Of a DNA stretch of 64,000 nt, positions 39,001 through 54,000 are shown one piece after another (position 1 is the first letter of the stretch; every line of letters starts with the position of its first letter). The notes beneath the pieces are model-generated. The model saw only the letters and a list, made by a program, of their open reading frames with translations, did not search any database and was not told the DNA's origin. The stretch comes from the human T2T-CHM13v2.0 reference genome, Homo sapiens: NCBI RefSeq assembly GCF_009914755.1, contig NC_060944.1. One strand, given 5' to 3'. The position numbers and the translations under genes were made by a program.

Positions 39001-42000
39001 CTTCTGTCTAGTTTTCATGTGAAGATATTTCCTTTTCCACCATAAGCCTCAAAGCGCTCCAAATATCTACTTACAGATTCTACAAAAAGAGTTTCAAAAC
39101 TGCTCTACAAAAGAAAGGTTCAACTCTGTGAGTTGAATTCACACATCACAAAGAAGTTTCAGAGAATGCTTCTGTCTAGTTTTTATGTGAAGATATTTCC
39201 TTTTACACCATAGGCCTCAAACCGCTCCAAATATCCACTTGCAGATTCTGCAAAAAGACTTTTTCAAAACTGCTCAATCAAGGGAAAGCTCAACTCTGTG
39301 AGTTGAATGCACACAACACAAACAAGTTTCTGAGAATGCTGCTGTCTAGTTTTTATGTGCAGATATTTCCTTTTCCACCATAGGCATCAAAGCGCTCCAA
39401 ATATCCAACTGCAGATTCTACAAAAAGAGTGTTTCAAAACTGCTCTATCAAAGAAAGGTTCAACTCTGTGAGTTGAATGCACACATCACAAAGACGTTTC
39501 TGAGAAAGCTTCTGCTCTAGTTTTTTTGTGAAGGTGTTTCTTTTTCCACCACAGGCCTCAAAGCGCTCCAAATATCCACTTGCAGATTCTTCCGAAAGAG
39601 TGTTTCAAAACTGCTCAATCAGAGGAAAAGTTCAACTCTGTGAGTTGAATGCACACAACACAAAGAAGTTTCTGAGAATGCTTCTGTCTAGTTTTTATGT
39701 GAAGATATTTCCTTTTACACCATAGGCCTCAAACCGCTCCAAATATCCACTTGCAGATTCTGCAAAAAGACTTTTTCAAAACTGCTCAATCAAAGGAAAG
39801 GTCAACTCTGTGAGTTGAATGCACACAACACAAACAAGTTTCTGAGAATGCTGCTGTCTAGTTTTTATGTGCGGAAATTTCCTTTTCCAACATAGGCATC
39901 AAAGCGTTCCAAATATCCAACTGCAGATTCTACAAAAAGAGTGTTTCAAAGCTGCTCTATCAAAGAAAGGTTCAACACTGTGAGTTGAATGCCCACATCA
40001 CAAAGACGTTTCTGAGAATGCTTCTGCTCTAGTTTTTTTGTGAAGGTGTTTCCTTTTCCACCATAGGCCTCAAAGCGCTCCAAATATCCACTTGCAGATT
40101 CTTCAGAAAGAGTGTTTCAAAACTGCTCAATCATAGGAAAAGTTCAACTCTGTGAGTTGAATGCACACAACACAAAGAAGTTTCTGAGAATGCTTCTGTC
40201 TAGTTTTTATGTGAAGATATGTCCTTTTACACCATAGGCCTCAAACTGCTCCAAATATCCACTTGTGGATTCTACAAAAAGACTTTTTCAAAACTGCTCA
40301 ATCAAAGGAAAGGTTCAACTCTGTAAGTTGAATGCACACAACATAAACAAGTTTCTGAGAATGCTGCTGTCTAGATTTTATATGCGGATATTTCGTTTTC
40401 CACCATAGGCATCAAAGCGCTCCAAATATCCAACCGCAGATTGTACAAAAATAGTGTTTCAAAACTGCTCTATCAAAAAAAAAGGTTCAACTCTGTGAGT
40501 TGAATGCACACATCACAAAGAAGTTCCTGAGGATGCTTCTGCTCTAGTTTATTTTTGTGAAGGTGCTTCCTTTTCCACCATAGGCCTCAAAGCGCTCCAA
40601 ATATCCACTTTCAGATTCCTGAAAAAGAGTGTTTTAAAACTCCTCTATCAACATAAATGTTCAACTCTGTGAGTTGAATGCACTCATCACAAAGATATTT
40701 CTGAGAATGCTTCCGCCTAGTTTTTATGTGTAGGTATTTCCTTTTCCACCATAGGCCTCAGAGCACTCCAAATATCCACTTTCAGATTCTAGAAAAAGAG
40801 TGATTTAAAACTCCTCTATCAACAGAAAGGTTCGACTCTGTGAGTTGAATGCACTTATCACAAAGAAGTTTCTGAGAATGCTTCTGTCTAGTTTTTATGT
40901 GAAGATATTTCCTTTTCCACCATAAGCTTCAAAGCGCTCCAAATATCTACTTACAGATTCTACAAAAAGAGTTTCAAAACTGCTCTACAAAAGAAAGGTT
41001 CAACTCTGTGAGTTGAATTCACACATCACAAAGAAGTTTCAGAGAATGCTTCTGTCTAGTTTTTATGTGAATATATTTCCTTTTACACCATAGGCCTCAA
41101 ACCGCTGCAAATATCCACTTGCAGATTCTGCAAAAAGACTTTTTCAAAACTGCTCAATCAAAGGAAAGGTCAACTCTGTGAGTTGAATGCACACAACACA
41201 AACAAGTTTCTGAGAATGCTGCTGTCTAGTTTTTATGTGCGGATATTTCCTTTTCCACCATAGGCATCAAAGCGCTCCAAATATCCAACTGCAGATTCTA
41301 CAAAAAGAGTGTTTCAAAACTGCTCTATCAAAGAAAGGTTCAACTCTGTGAGTTGAATGCACACATCACAAAGACGTTTCTGAGAATGCTTCTGCTCTAG
41401 TTTTTTTGTGAAGGTGTTTCTTTTTCCACCACAGGCCTCAAAGCGCTCCAAATATCCACTTGCAGATTCTTCAGAAAGAGTGTTTCAAAACTGCTCAATC
41501 ATAGGAAAAGTTCAACTCTGTGAGTTGAATGCACACAACACAAAGAAGTTTCTGAGAATGCTTCTGTCTAGTTTTTATGTGAAGATATTTCCTTTTACAC
41601 CATAGGCCTCAAACTGCTCCAAATATCCACTTGTGGATTCTACAAAAAGACTTTTTCAAAACTGCTCAATCAAAGGAAAGGTTCAACTCTGTGAGTTGAA
41701 TGCACACAACACAAACAAGTTTCTGAGAATGCTGCTGTCTAGATTTTATGTGCGGATATTTCGTTTTCCACCATAGGCATCAAAGCGCTCCAAATATCCA
41801 ACCGCAGATTGTACAAAAATAGTGTTTCAAAACTGCTCTATCAAAAAAAAAGGTTCAACTCTGTGAGTTGAATGCACACATCACAAAGACGTTTCTGAGA
41901 ATGCTTCTGCTCTAGTTTTTTTTGTGAAGGTGTTTCCTTTTCCACCATAGGCCTCAAAGCGCTCCAAATATCCACTTTCAGATTCCTGAAAAAGAGTGTT

Positions 42001-45000
42001 TTAAAACTCCTCTATCAACATAAGTGTTCAACTCTGTGAGTTGAATGCACTCATCACAAAGATATTTCTGAGAATGCTTCCGCCTAGTTTTTATGGGTAG
42101 GTATTTCCTTTTCCACCATAGGCCTCAGAGCACTCCAAATATCCACTTTCAGATTCTAGAAAAAGAGAGATTTAAAACTGCTCTATCAACAGAAAGTTTC
42201 GACTCTGTGAGTTGAATGCACTTATCACAAAGAAGTTTCTGAGAATGCTTCTGTCTAGTTTTTATGTGAAGATATTTCCTTTTCCACCATAAGCCTCAAA
42301 GCGCTCCAAATATCTACTTACAGATTCTACAAAAAGAGTTTCAATACTGCTCTACAAAAGAAAGGTTCAACTCTGTGAGTTCAATTCACACATCACAAAG
42401 AAGTTTCAGAGAATGCTTCTGTCTAGTTTTTATGTGAAGATATTTCCTTTTACACCATAGGCCTCAAACCGCTCCAAATATCCACTTGTAGATTCTGCAG
42501 AAAGACTTTTTCAAAACTGCTCAATCAAAGGAAAGCTCAACTCTGTGAGTTGAATGCACACAACACAAACAAGTTTCTGAGAATGCTGCTGTCTAGTTTT
42601 TATGTGCGGATATTTCCTTTTCCACCATAGGCATCAAAGCGCTCCAAATATCCAACTGCAGATTCTACAAAAAGAGTGTTTCAAAACTGCTCTATCAAAG
42701 AAAGGTTCAACTCTGTGAGTTGAATGCACACATCACAAAGACGTTTCTGAGAATGCTTCTGCTCTAGTTTTTTTGTGAAGGTGTTTCTTTTTCCACCACA
42801 GGCCTCAAAGCGCTACAAATATCCACTTGCAGATTCTTCAGAAAGAGTGTTTCAAAACTGCTCAATCATAGGAAAAGTTCAACTCTGTGAGTTGAATGCA
42901 CACAACACAAAGAAGTTTCTGAAAATGCTTCTGTCTAGTTTTTATGTGAAGATATTTCCTTTTACACCATAGGCCTCAAACTGCTCCAAATATCCACTTG
43001 TGGATTCTACAAAAAGACTTTTTCAAAACTGCTCAATCAAAGGAAAGGTTCAACTCTGTGAGTTGAAAGCACACAACACAAACAAGTTTCTGAGAATGCT
43101 GCTGTCTAGATTTTATGTGCGGATATTTCGTTTTCCACCATAGGCATCAAAGCGCTCCAAATATCCAACCGCAGATTGTACAAAAATAGTGTTTCAAAAC
43201 TGCTCTATCAAAAAAAAAGGTTCAAATCTGTGAGTTGAAGGCACACATCACAAAGACGTTTCTGAGAATGCTTCTGCTCTAGTTTTTTTGTGAAGGTGTT
43301 TCCTTTTCCACCATAGGCCTCAAAGCGCTCCAAATATCCACTTTCAGATTCCTGAAAAAGAGTGTTTTAAAACTCCTCTATCAACATAAGTGTTCAACTC
43401 TGTGAGTTGAATGCACTCATCACAAAGATATTTCTGAGAATGCTTCCGCCTAGTTTTTATGGGTAGGTATTTCCTTTTCCACCATAGGCCTCAGAGCACT
43501 CCAAATATCCACTTTCAGATTCTAGAAAAAGAGGGATTTAAAACTGCTCTATCAACAGAAAGTTTCGACTCTGTGAGTTGAATGCACTTATCACAAAGAA
43601 GTTTCTGAGAATGCTTCTGTCTAGTTTTTATGTGAAGATATTTCCTTTTCCACCATAAGCCTCAAAGCGCTCCAAATATCTACTTAAAGATTCTACAAAA
43701 AGAGTTTCAATACTGCTCTACAAAAGAAAAGTTCAACTCTGTGAGTTGAATTCACACATCACAAAGAAGTTTCAGAGAATGCTTCTGTCTAGTTTTTATG
43801 TGAAGATATTTCCTTTTACACCATAGGCCTCAAACCGCTCCAAATATCCACTTGTAGATTCTGCAAAAAGACTTTTTCAAAACTGCTCAATCAAAGGAAA
43901 GCTCAACTCTGTGAGTTGAATGCACACAACACAAACAAGTTTCTGAGAATGCTGCTGTCTAGTTTTTATGTGCGGATATTTCCTTTTCCACCATAGGCAT
44001 CAAAGCGCTCCAAATATCCAACTGCAGATTCTACAAAAAGAGTGTTTCAAAACTGCTCTATCAAAGAAAGGTTCAACTCTGTGAGTTGAATGCACACATC
44101 ACAAAGACGTTTCTGAGAAAGCTTCTGCTCTAGTTTTTTTGTGAAGGTGTTTCTTTTTCCACCACAGGCCTCAAAGCGCTCCAAATATCCACTTGCAGAT
44201 TCTTCCGAAAGAGTGTTTCAAAACTGCTCAATCATAGGAAAAGTTCAACTCTGTGAGTTGAATGCACACAACACAAAGAAGTTTCTGAGAATGCTTCTGT
44301 CTAGTTTTTATGTGAAGATATTTCCTTTTACACCATAGGCCTCAAACTGCTCCAAATATCCACTTGTGGATTCTACAAAAAGACTTTTTCAAAACTGCTC
44401 AATCAAAGGAAAGGTTCAACTCTGTGAGTTGAATGCACACAACACAAACAAGTTTCTGAGAATGCTGCTGTCTAGATTTTATGTGCGGATATTTCGTTTT
44501 CCACCATAGGCATCAAAGCGCTCCAAATATCCAACCGCAGATTGTACAAAAATAGTGTTTCAAAACTGCTCTATCAAAAAAAAAGGTTCAACTCTGTGAG
44601 TTGAATGCACACATCACAAAGACGTTTCTGAGAATGCTTCTGCTCTAGTTTTTTTTGTGAAGGTGTTTCCTTTTCCACCATAGGCCTCAAAGCGCTCCAA
44701 ATATCCACTTTCAGATTCCTGAAAAAGAGTGTTTTAAAACTCCTCTATCAACATAAGTGTTCAACTCTGTGAGTTGAATGCACTCATCACAAAGATATTT
44801 CTGAGAATGCTTCCGCCTAGTTTTTATGGGTAGGTATTTCCTTTTCCACCATAGGCCTCAGAGCACTCCAAATATCCACTTTCAGATTCTAGAAAAAGAG
44901 AGATTTAAAACTGCTCTATCAACAGAAAGTTTCGACTCTGTGAGTTGAATGCACTTATCACAAAGAAGTTTCTGAGAATGCTTCTGTCTAGTTTTTATGT

Positions 45001-48000
45001 GAAGATATTTCCTTTTCCACCATAAGCCTCAAAGCGCTCCAAATATCTACTTACAGATTCTACAAAAAGAGTTTCAATACTGCTCTACAAAAGAAAGGTT
45101 CAACTCTGTGAGTTCAATTCACACATCACAAAGAAGTTTCAGAGAATGCTTCTGTCTAGTTTTTATGTGAAGATATTTCCTTTTACACCATAGGCCTCAA
45201 ACCGCTCCAAATATCCACTTGTAGATTCTGCAGAAAGACTTTTTCAAAACTGCTCAATCAAAGGAAAGCTCAACTCTGTGAGTTGAATGCACACAACACA
45301 AACAAGTTTCTGAGAATGCTGCTGTCTAGTTTTTATGTGCGGATATTTCCTTTTCCACCATAGGCATCAAAGCGCTCCAAATATCCAACTGCAGATTCTA
45401 CAAAAAGAGTGTTTCAAAACTGCTCTATCAAAGAAAGGTTCAACTCTGTGAGTTGAATGCACACATCACAAAGACGTTTCTGAGAATGCTTCTGCTCTAG
45501 TTTTTTTGTGAAGGTGTTTCTTTTTCCACCACAGGCCTCAAAGCGCTACAAATATCCACTTGCAGATTCTTCAGAAAGAGTGTTTCAAAACTGCTCAATC
45601 ATAGGAAAAGTTCAACTCTGTGAGTTGAATGCACACAACACAAAGAAGTTTCTGAAAATGCTTCTGTCTAGTTTTTATGTGAAGATATTTCCTTTTACAC
45701 CATAGGCCTCAAACTGCTCCAAATATCCACTTGTGGATTCTACAAAAAGACTTTTTCAAAACTGCTCAATCAAAGGAAAGGTTCAACTCTGTGAGTTGAA
45801 AGCACACAACACAAACAAGTTTCTGAGAATGCTGCTGTCTAGATTTTATGTGCGGATATTTCGTTTTCCACCATAGGCATCAAAGCGCTCCAAATATCCA
45901 ACCGCAGATTGTACAAAAATAGTGTTTCAAAACTGCTCTATCAAAAAAAAAGGTTCAAATCTGTGAGTTGAAGGCACACATCACAAAGACGTTTCTGAGA
46001 ATGCTTCTGCTCTAGTTTTTTTGTGAAGGTGTTTCCTTTTCCACCATAGGCCTCAAAGCGCTCCAAATATCCACTTTCAGATTCCTGAAAAAGAGTGTTT
46101 TAAAACTCCTCTATCAACATAAGTGTTCAACTCTGTGAGTTGAATGCACTCATCACAAAGATATTTCTGAGAATGCTTCCGCCTAGTTTTTATGGGTAGG
46201 TATTTCCTTTTCCACCATAGGCCTCAGAGCACTCCAAATATCCACTTTCAGATTCTAGAAAAAGAGGGATTTAAAACTGCTCTATCAACAGAAAGTTTCG
46301 ACTCTGTGAGTTGAATGCACTTATCACAAAGAAGTTTCTGAGAATGCTTCTGTCTAGTTTTTATGTGAAGATATTTCCTTTTCCACCATAAGCCTCAAAG
46401 CGCTCCAAATATCTACTTAAAGATTCTACAAAAAGAGTTTCAATACTGCTCTACAAAAGAAAAGTTCAACTCTGTGAGTTGAATTCACACATCACAAAGA
46501 AGTTTCAGAGAATGCTTCTGTCTAGTTTTTATGTGAAGATATTTCCTTTTACACCATAGGCCTCAAACCGCTCCAAATATCCACTTGTAGATTCTGCAAA
46601 AAGACTTTTTCAAAACTGCTCAATCAAAGGAAAGCTCAACTCTGTGAGTTGAATGCACACAACACAAACAAGTTTCTGAGAATGCTGCTGTCTAGTTTTT
46701 ATGTGCGGATATTTCCTTTTCCACCATAGGCATCAAAGCGCTCCAAATATCCAACTGCAGATTCTACAAAAAGAGTGTTTCAAAACTGCTCTATCAAAGA
46801 AAGGTTCAACTCTGTGAGTTGAATGCACACATCACAAAGACGTTTCTGAGAAAGCTTCTGCTCTAGTTTTTTTGTGAAGGTGTTTCTTTTTCCACCACAG
46901 GCCTCAAAGCGCTCCAAATATCCACTTGCAGATTCTTCCGAAAGAGTGTTTCAAAACTGCTCAATCATAGGAAAAGTTCAACTCTGTGAGTTGAATGCAC
47001 ACAACACAAAGAAGTTTCTGAGAATGCTTCTGTCTAGTTTTTATGTGAAGATATTTCCTTTTACACCATAGGCCTCAAACTGCTCCAAATATCCACTTGT
47101 GGATTCTACAAAAAGACTTTTTCAAAACTTCTCAATCAAAGGAAAGGTTCAACTCTGTGAGTTGAATGCACACAACACAAACAAGTTTCTGAGAATGCTG
47201 TTGTCTAGATTTTATGTGCGGATATTTCGTTTTCCACCATAGGCATCCAAGCGCTCCAAATATCCAACTGCAGATTGTACAAAAATAGTGTTTCAAAACT
47301 GCTCTATCAAAAAAAAAGTTTCAACTCTGTGAGTTGAATGCACACATTACAAAGAAGTTTCTGAGAATGCTTCTGCTCTAGTTTTTTTGTGAAGGTGTTT
47401 CCTTTTCCACCATAGGCCTCAAAGCGCTCCAAATATCCACTTTCAGATTCCTGAAAAAGAGTGTTTTAAAACTCCTCTATCAACATAAGTGTTCAACTCT
47501 GTGAGTTGAATGCACTCATCACAAAGATATTTCTGAGAATGCTTCCGCCTAGTTTTTATGGGAAGGTATTTCCTTTTCCACCATAGGCCCCAAAGCACTC
47601 CAAATATCCACTTTCAGATTCTAGAAAAAGAGTGATTTAAAACTGCTCTATCAACAGAAAGGTTCGACTCTGTGAGTTGAATGCACTTATCACAAAGAAG
47701 TTTCTGAGAATGCTTCTGTCTAGTTTTTATGTGAAGATATTTCCTTTTCCACCGTAAGCCTCAAAGCGCTCCAAATATCTACTTACAGATTCTACAAAAA
47801 GAGTTTCAAAACTGCTCTACAAATAAATGTTCAACACCGTGAGTTGAATTCACACATCACAAAGAAGTTTCAGAGAATGCTTCTGTGTAGTTTTTATGTG
47901 AAGATATTTCCTTTTACACCATAGGCCTCAAACCGCTCCAAATATCCACTTGCAGATTCTGCAAAAAGCCTTTTTCAAAACTGCTCAATCAAAGGAAAGC

Positions 48001-51000
48001 TCAACTCTGTGAGTTGAATGCACACAACACAAACAAGTTTCTGAGAATGCTGCTGTCTAGTTTTTATGTGCGGATATTTCCTTTTCCACCATAGGCATCA
48101 AAGCGCTCCAAATATCCAACTGCAGATTCTACAAAAAGAGTGTTTCAAAACTGCTCTATCAAAGAAAGGTTCAACTCTGTGAGTTGAATGCACACATCAC
48201 AAAGACGTTTCTGAGAATGCTTCTGCTCTAGTTTTTTTGTGAAGTTGTTCCTTTTTCCACCACAGGCCTCAAAGCGCTCCAAATATCCACTTGCAGATTC
48301 TTCAGAAAGAGTGTTTCAAAACTGCTCAATCATAGGAAAAGTTCAACTCTGTGAGTTGAATGCACACAACACAAAGAAGTTTCTGAAAATGCTTCTGTCA
48401 AGTTTTTATGTGAAGATATTTCCTTTTACACCATAGGCCTCAAACTGCTCCAAATATCCACTTGTGGATTCTACAAAAAGACTTTTTCAAAACTGCTCAA
48501 TCAAAGGAAAGGTTCAACTCTGTGAGTTAAATGCACACAACACAAACAAGTTTCTGAGAATGCTGCTGTCTAGATTTTATGTGCGGATATTTCGTTTTCC
48601 ACCATAGGCATCAAAGCGCTCCAAATATCCAACTGCAGATTGTACAAAAATAGTGTTTCAAAACTGCTCTATCAAAAAAAAGGTTCAACTCTGTGAGTTG
48701 AATGCACACATCACAAAGAAGTTTCTGAGAATGCTTCTGCTCTAGTTTTTTTTGTGAAGGTGTTTCCTTTTCCACCATAGGCCTCAAAGCGCTCCAAATA
48801 TCCACTTTCAGATTTCTGAAAAAGAGTGTTTTAAAACTCCTCTATCAACATAATTGTTCAACTCTGTGAGTTGAATGCACTCATCACAAAGATATTTCTG
48901 AGAATGCTTCGGCCTAGTTTTTATGTGTAGGTATTTCCTTTTCCACCATAGGCCACAAAGCACTCCAAATATCCACTTTCAGATACTAGAAAAAGAGTGG
49001 TTTAAAATTGGTCTATCACCAGAAAGGTTCGACTCTGTGAGTTGAATGCACTTATCACAAAGAAGTTTCTGAGCATGCTTCTGTCTAGTTTTTATGTGAA
49101 GATATTTCCTTTTCCTCCATAAGCCTCAAAGCGCTCCAAATATCTACTTACAGATTCTACAAAAAGAGTTTCAAAACTGCTCTACAAAAGAAAGGTTCAA
49201 CTCCGTGAGTTGAATTCACACATCACAAAGAAGTTTCAGAGAATGCTTCTGTCTAGTTTTTATGTGAAGATATTTCCTTTTACACCATAGGCCTCAAACC
49301 GCTCCAAATATCCACTTGCAGATTCTGCAAAAAGACTTTTTCAAAACTGTTCAATCAAAGGAAAGGTCAACTCTGTGAGTTGAATGCACACAACACAAAC
49401 AAGTTTCTGAGAATGCTGCTGTCTAGTTTTTATGTGCGGATATTTCCTTTTCCACCATAGGCATCAAAGCGCTCCAAATATCCAACTGCAGATTCTACAA
49501 AAAGAGTGTTTCAAAACTGCTCTATCAAAGAAAGGTTCAACTCTGTGGGTTGAATGCACACATCACAAAGACGTTTCTGAGAATGCTTCTGCTCTAGTTT
49601 TTTTGTGAAGGTGTTTCCTTTTCCACCATAGGCCTCAAAGCGCTCCAAATATCCACTTGCAGATTCTTCCGAAAGAGTGTTTCAAAACTGCTCAATCATA
49701 GGAAAAGTTCAACTCTGTGAGTTGAATGCACACAACACAAAGAAGTTTCTGAGAATGCTTCTGTCTAGTTTTTATGTGAAGATATTTCCTTTTACACCAT
49801 AGGCCTCAAACTGCTCCAAATATCCACTTGTGGATTCTACAAAAAGACTTTTTCAAAACATCTCAATCAAAGGAAAGGTTCAACTCTGTGAGTTGAATGC
49901 ACACAACACAAAGAAGTTTCTGAGAATGCTGTTGTCTAGATTTTATGTGCGGATATTTCGTTTTCCACCATAGGCATCAAAGCGCTCCAAATATCCAACT
50001 GCAGATTGTACAAAAATAGTGTTTCAAAACTGCTCTATCAAAAAAAAAGTTTCAACTCTGTGAGTTGAATGCACACATTACAAAGAAGTTTCTGAGAATG
50101 CTTCTGCTCTAGTTTTTTTTGTGAAGGTGTTTCCTTTTCCACCATAGGCCTCAAAGCGCTCCAAATATCCACTTTCAGATTCCTGAAAAAGAGTGTTTTA
50201 AAACTCCTCTATCAACATAAGTGTTCAACTCTGTGAGTTGAATGCACTCATCACAAAGATATTTCTGAGAATGCTTCCGCCTAGTTTTTATGGGTAGGTA
50301 TTTCCTTTTCCACCATAGGCCTCAAAGCACTCCAAATATCCACTTTCAGATTCTAGAAAAAGAGTGATTTAAAACTGCTCTATCAACAGAAAGGTTCGAC
50401 TCTGTGAGTTGAATGCACTTATCAGAAAGAAGTTTCTGAGAATGCTTCTGTCTAGTTTTTATGTGAAGATATTTCCTTTTCCACCATAAGCCTCAAAGCG
50501 CTCCAAATATCTACTTACAGATTCTACAAAAAGAGTTTCAAAACTGCTCTACAAATAAATGTTCAACACCGTGAGTTGAATTCACACATCACAAAGAAGT
50601 TTCAGAGAATGCTTCTGTGTAGTTTTTATGTGAAGATATTTCCTTTTACACCATAGGCCTCAAACCGCTCCAAATATCCACTTGCAGATTCTGCAAAAAG
50701 ACTTTTTCAAAACTGCTCAATCAAAGGAAAGCTCAACTCTGTGAGTTGAATGCACACAACACAAACAATTTTCTGAGAATGCTGCTGTCTAGTTTTTATG
50801 TGCGGATATTTCCTTTTCCACCATAGGCATCAAAGCGCTCCAAATATCCAACTGCAGATTCTACAAAAAGAGTGTTTCAAAACTGCTCTATCAAAGAAAG
50901 GTTTAACTCTGTGAGTTGAATGCACACATCACAAAGACGTTTCTGAGAATGCTTCTGCTCTAGTTTTTTTGTGAAGATATTTCCTTTTACACCATAGGCC

Positions 51001-54000
51001 TCAAACTGCTCCAAATATCCACTTGTGGATTCTACAAAAAGACTTTTTCAAAACTGCTCAATCAAAGGAAAGGTTCAACTCTGTGAGTTGAATGCACACA
51101 ACACAAACAAGTTTCTGAGAATGCTGCTGTCTAGATTTTATGTGCGGATATTTCGTTTTCCACCATAGGCATCAAAGCGCTCCAAATATCCAACTGCAGA
51201 TTGTACAAAAATAGTGTTTCAAAACTGCTCTATCAAAAAAAAGGTTCAACTCTGTGAGTTGAATGCACACATCACAAAGTAGTTTCTGAGAATGCTTCTG
51301 CTCTAGTTTTTTTTGTGAAGGTGTTTCCCTTTCCACCATAGGCCTCAAAGCGCTCCAAATATCCACTTTCAGATTTCTGAAAAAGAGTGTTTTAAAACTC
51401 CTCTATCAACATAATTGTTCAACTCTGTGAGTTGAATGCACTCATCACAAAGATATTTCTGAGAATGCTTCGGCCTAGTTTTTATGTGTAGGTATTTCCT
51501 TTTCCACCATAGGCCACAAAGCACTCCAAATATCCACTTTCAGATTCTAGAAAAAGAGTGATTTAAAACTGCTCTATCAACAGAAAGGTTCGACTCTGTG
51601 AGTTGAATGCACTTATCACAAAGAAGTTTCTGAGCATGCTTCTGTCTAGTTTTTATGTGAAGATATTTCCTTTTCCACCATAAGCCTCAAAGCGCTCCAA
51701 ATATCTACTTACAGATTCTACAAAAAGAGTTTCAAAACTGCTCTACAAAAGAAAGGTTCAACTCTGTGAGTTGAATTCACACATCACAAAGAAGTTTCAG
51801 AGAATGCTTCTGTCTAGTTTTTATGTGAAGATATTTCCTTTTACACCATAGGCCTCAAACCGCTCCAAATATCCACTTGCAGATTCTGCAAAAAGACTTT
51901 TTCAAAACTGCTCAATCAAAGGAAAGGTCAACTCTGTGAGTTGAATGCACACAACACAAACAAGTTTCTGAGAATGCTGCTGTCTAGTTTTTATGTGCGG
52001 ATATTTCCTTTTCCAACGTAGGCATCAAAGCGCTCCAAATATCCAACTGCAGATTCTACAAAAAGAGTGTTTCAAAACTGCTCTATCAAAGAAAGGTTCA
52101 ACTCTGTGAGTTGAATGCACACATCACAAAGACGTTTCTGAGAATGCTTCTGCTCTAGTTTTTTTGTGAAGGTGTTTCCTTTTCCACCATAGGCCTCAAA
52201 GCGCTCCAAATATCCACTTGCAGATTCTTCAGAAAGAGTGTTTCAAAACTGCTCAATCATAGGAAAAGTTCAACTCTGTGAGTTGAATGCACACAACACA
52301 AAGAAGTTTCTGAGAATGCTTCTGTCTAGTTTTTATGTGAAGATATTTCCTTTTACACCATAGGCCTCAAACTGCTCCAAATATCCACTTGTGGATTCTA
52401 CAAAAAGTCTTTTTCAAACTGCTCAATCAAAGGAAAGGTTCAACTCTGTGAGTTGAATGCACACAACACAAACAAGTTTCTGAGAATGCTGCTGTCTAGA
52501 TTTTATGTGCGGATATTTCGTTTTCCACCATAGGCATGAAAGCGCTCCAAATATCCAACTGCAGATTGTACAAAAATAGTGTTTCAAAACTGCTCTATCA
52601 AAAAAAAAGGTTCAACTCTGTGAGTTGAATGCACACATTACAAAGAAGTTTCTGAGAATGCTTCTGCTCTAGTTTTTTTTGTGAAGGTGTTTCCTTTTCC
52701 ACCATAGGCCTCAAAGCGCTCCAAATATCCACTTTCAGATTCCTGAAAAAGAGTGTTTTAAAACTCCTCTATCAACATAAGTGTTCAACTCTGTGAGTTG
52801 AATGCACTCATCACAAAGATATTTCTGAGAATGCTTCCGCCTCTTTTTTATGTGTAGGTATTTCCTTTTCCACAATAGGCCTCAAAGCACTCCAAATATC
52901 CAGTTTCAGATTCTAGAAAAAGAGTGATTTAAAACTGCTCTATCAACAGAAAGGTTCGACTCTGTGAGTTGAATGCACTTATCACAAAGAAGTTTCTGAG
53001 AATGCTTCTGTCTAGTTTTTATGTGAAGATATTTCCTTTTCCACCATAAGCCTCAAAGCGCCCCAAATACCTACTTACAGATTCTACAAAAAGAGTTTCA
53101 AAACTGCTCTACAAATAAATGTTCAACTCCGTGAGTTGAATTCACACATCACAAAGAAGTTTCAGAGAATGCTTCTGTCTAGTTTTTATGTGAAGATATT
53201 TCCTTTTACACCATAGGCCTCAAACCGCTCCAAATATCCACTTGCAGATTCTGCAAAAAGACTTTTTCAAAACTGCTCAATCAAAGGAAAGGTCAACTCT
53301 GTGAGTTGAATGCACACAACACAAACAAGTTTCTGAGAATGCTGCTGTCTAGTTTTTATGTGCGGATATTTCCTTTTCCACCATAGGCATCAAAGCGCTC
53401 CAAATATCCAACTGCAGATTCTACAAAAAGAGTGTTTCAAAACTGCTCTATCAAAGAAAGGTTCAACTCTGTGAGTTGAATGCACACATCACAAAGACGT
53501 TTCTGAGAATGCTTCTGCTCTAGTTTTTTTGTGAAGGTGTTTCTTTTTCCACCACAGGCCTCAAACCGCTCCAAATATCCACTTGCAGATTCTTCAGAAA
53601 GAGTGTTTCAAAACTGCTCAATCATAGGAAAAGTTCAACTCTGTGAGTTGAATGCACACAACACAAAGAAGTTTCTGAAAATGCTTCTGTCTAGTTTTTA
53701 TGTGAAGATATTTCCTTTTACACCATAGGCCTCAAACTGCTCCAAATATCCACTTGTGGATTCTACAAAAAGACTTTTTCAAAACTGCTCAATCAAAGGA
53801 AAGGTTCAACTCTGTGAGTTGAATGCACACAACACAAACATGTTTCTGAGAATGCTGCTGTCTAGATTTTATGTGCGGATATTTCGTTTTCCACCATAGG
53901 CATCAAAGCGCTCCAAATATCCAACTGCAGATTGTACAAAAATAGTGTTTCAAAACTGCTCTATCAAAAAAAAGGTTCAACTCTGTGAGTTGAATGCACA

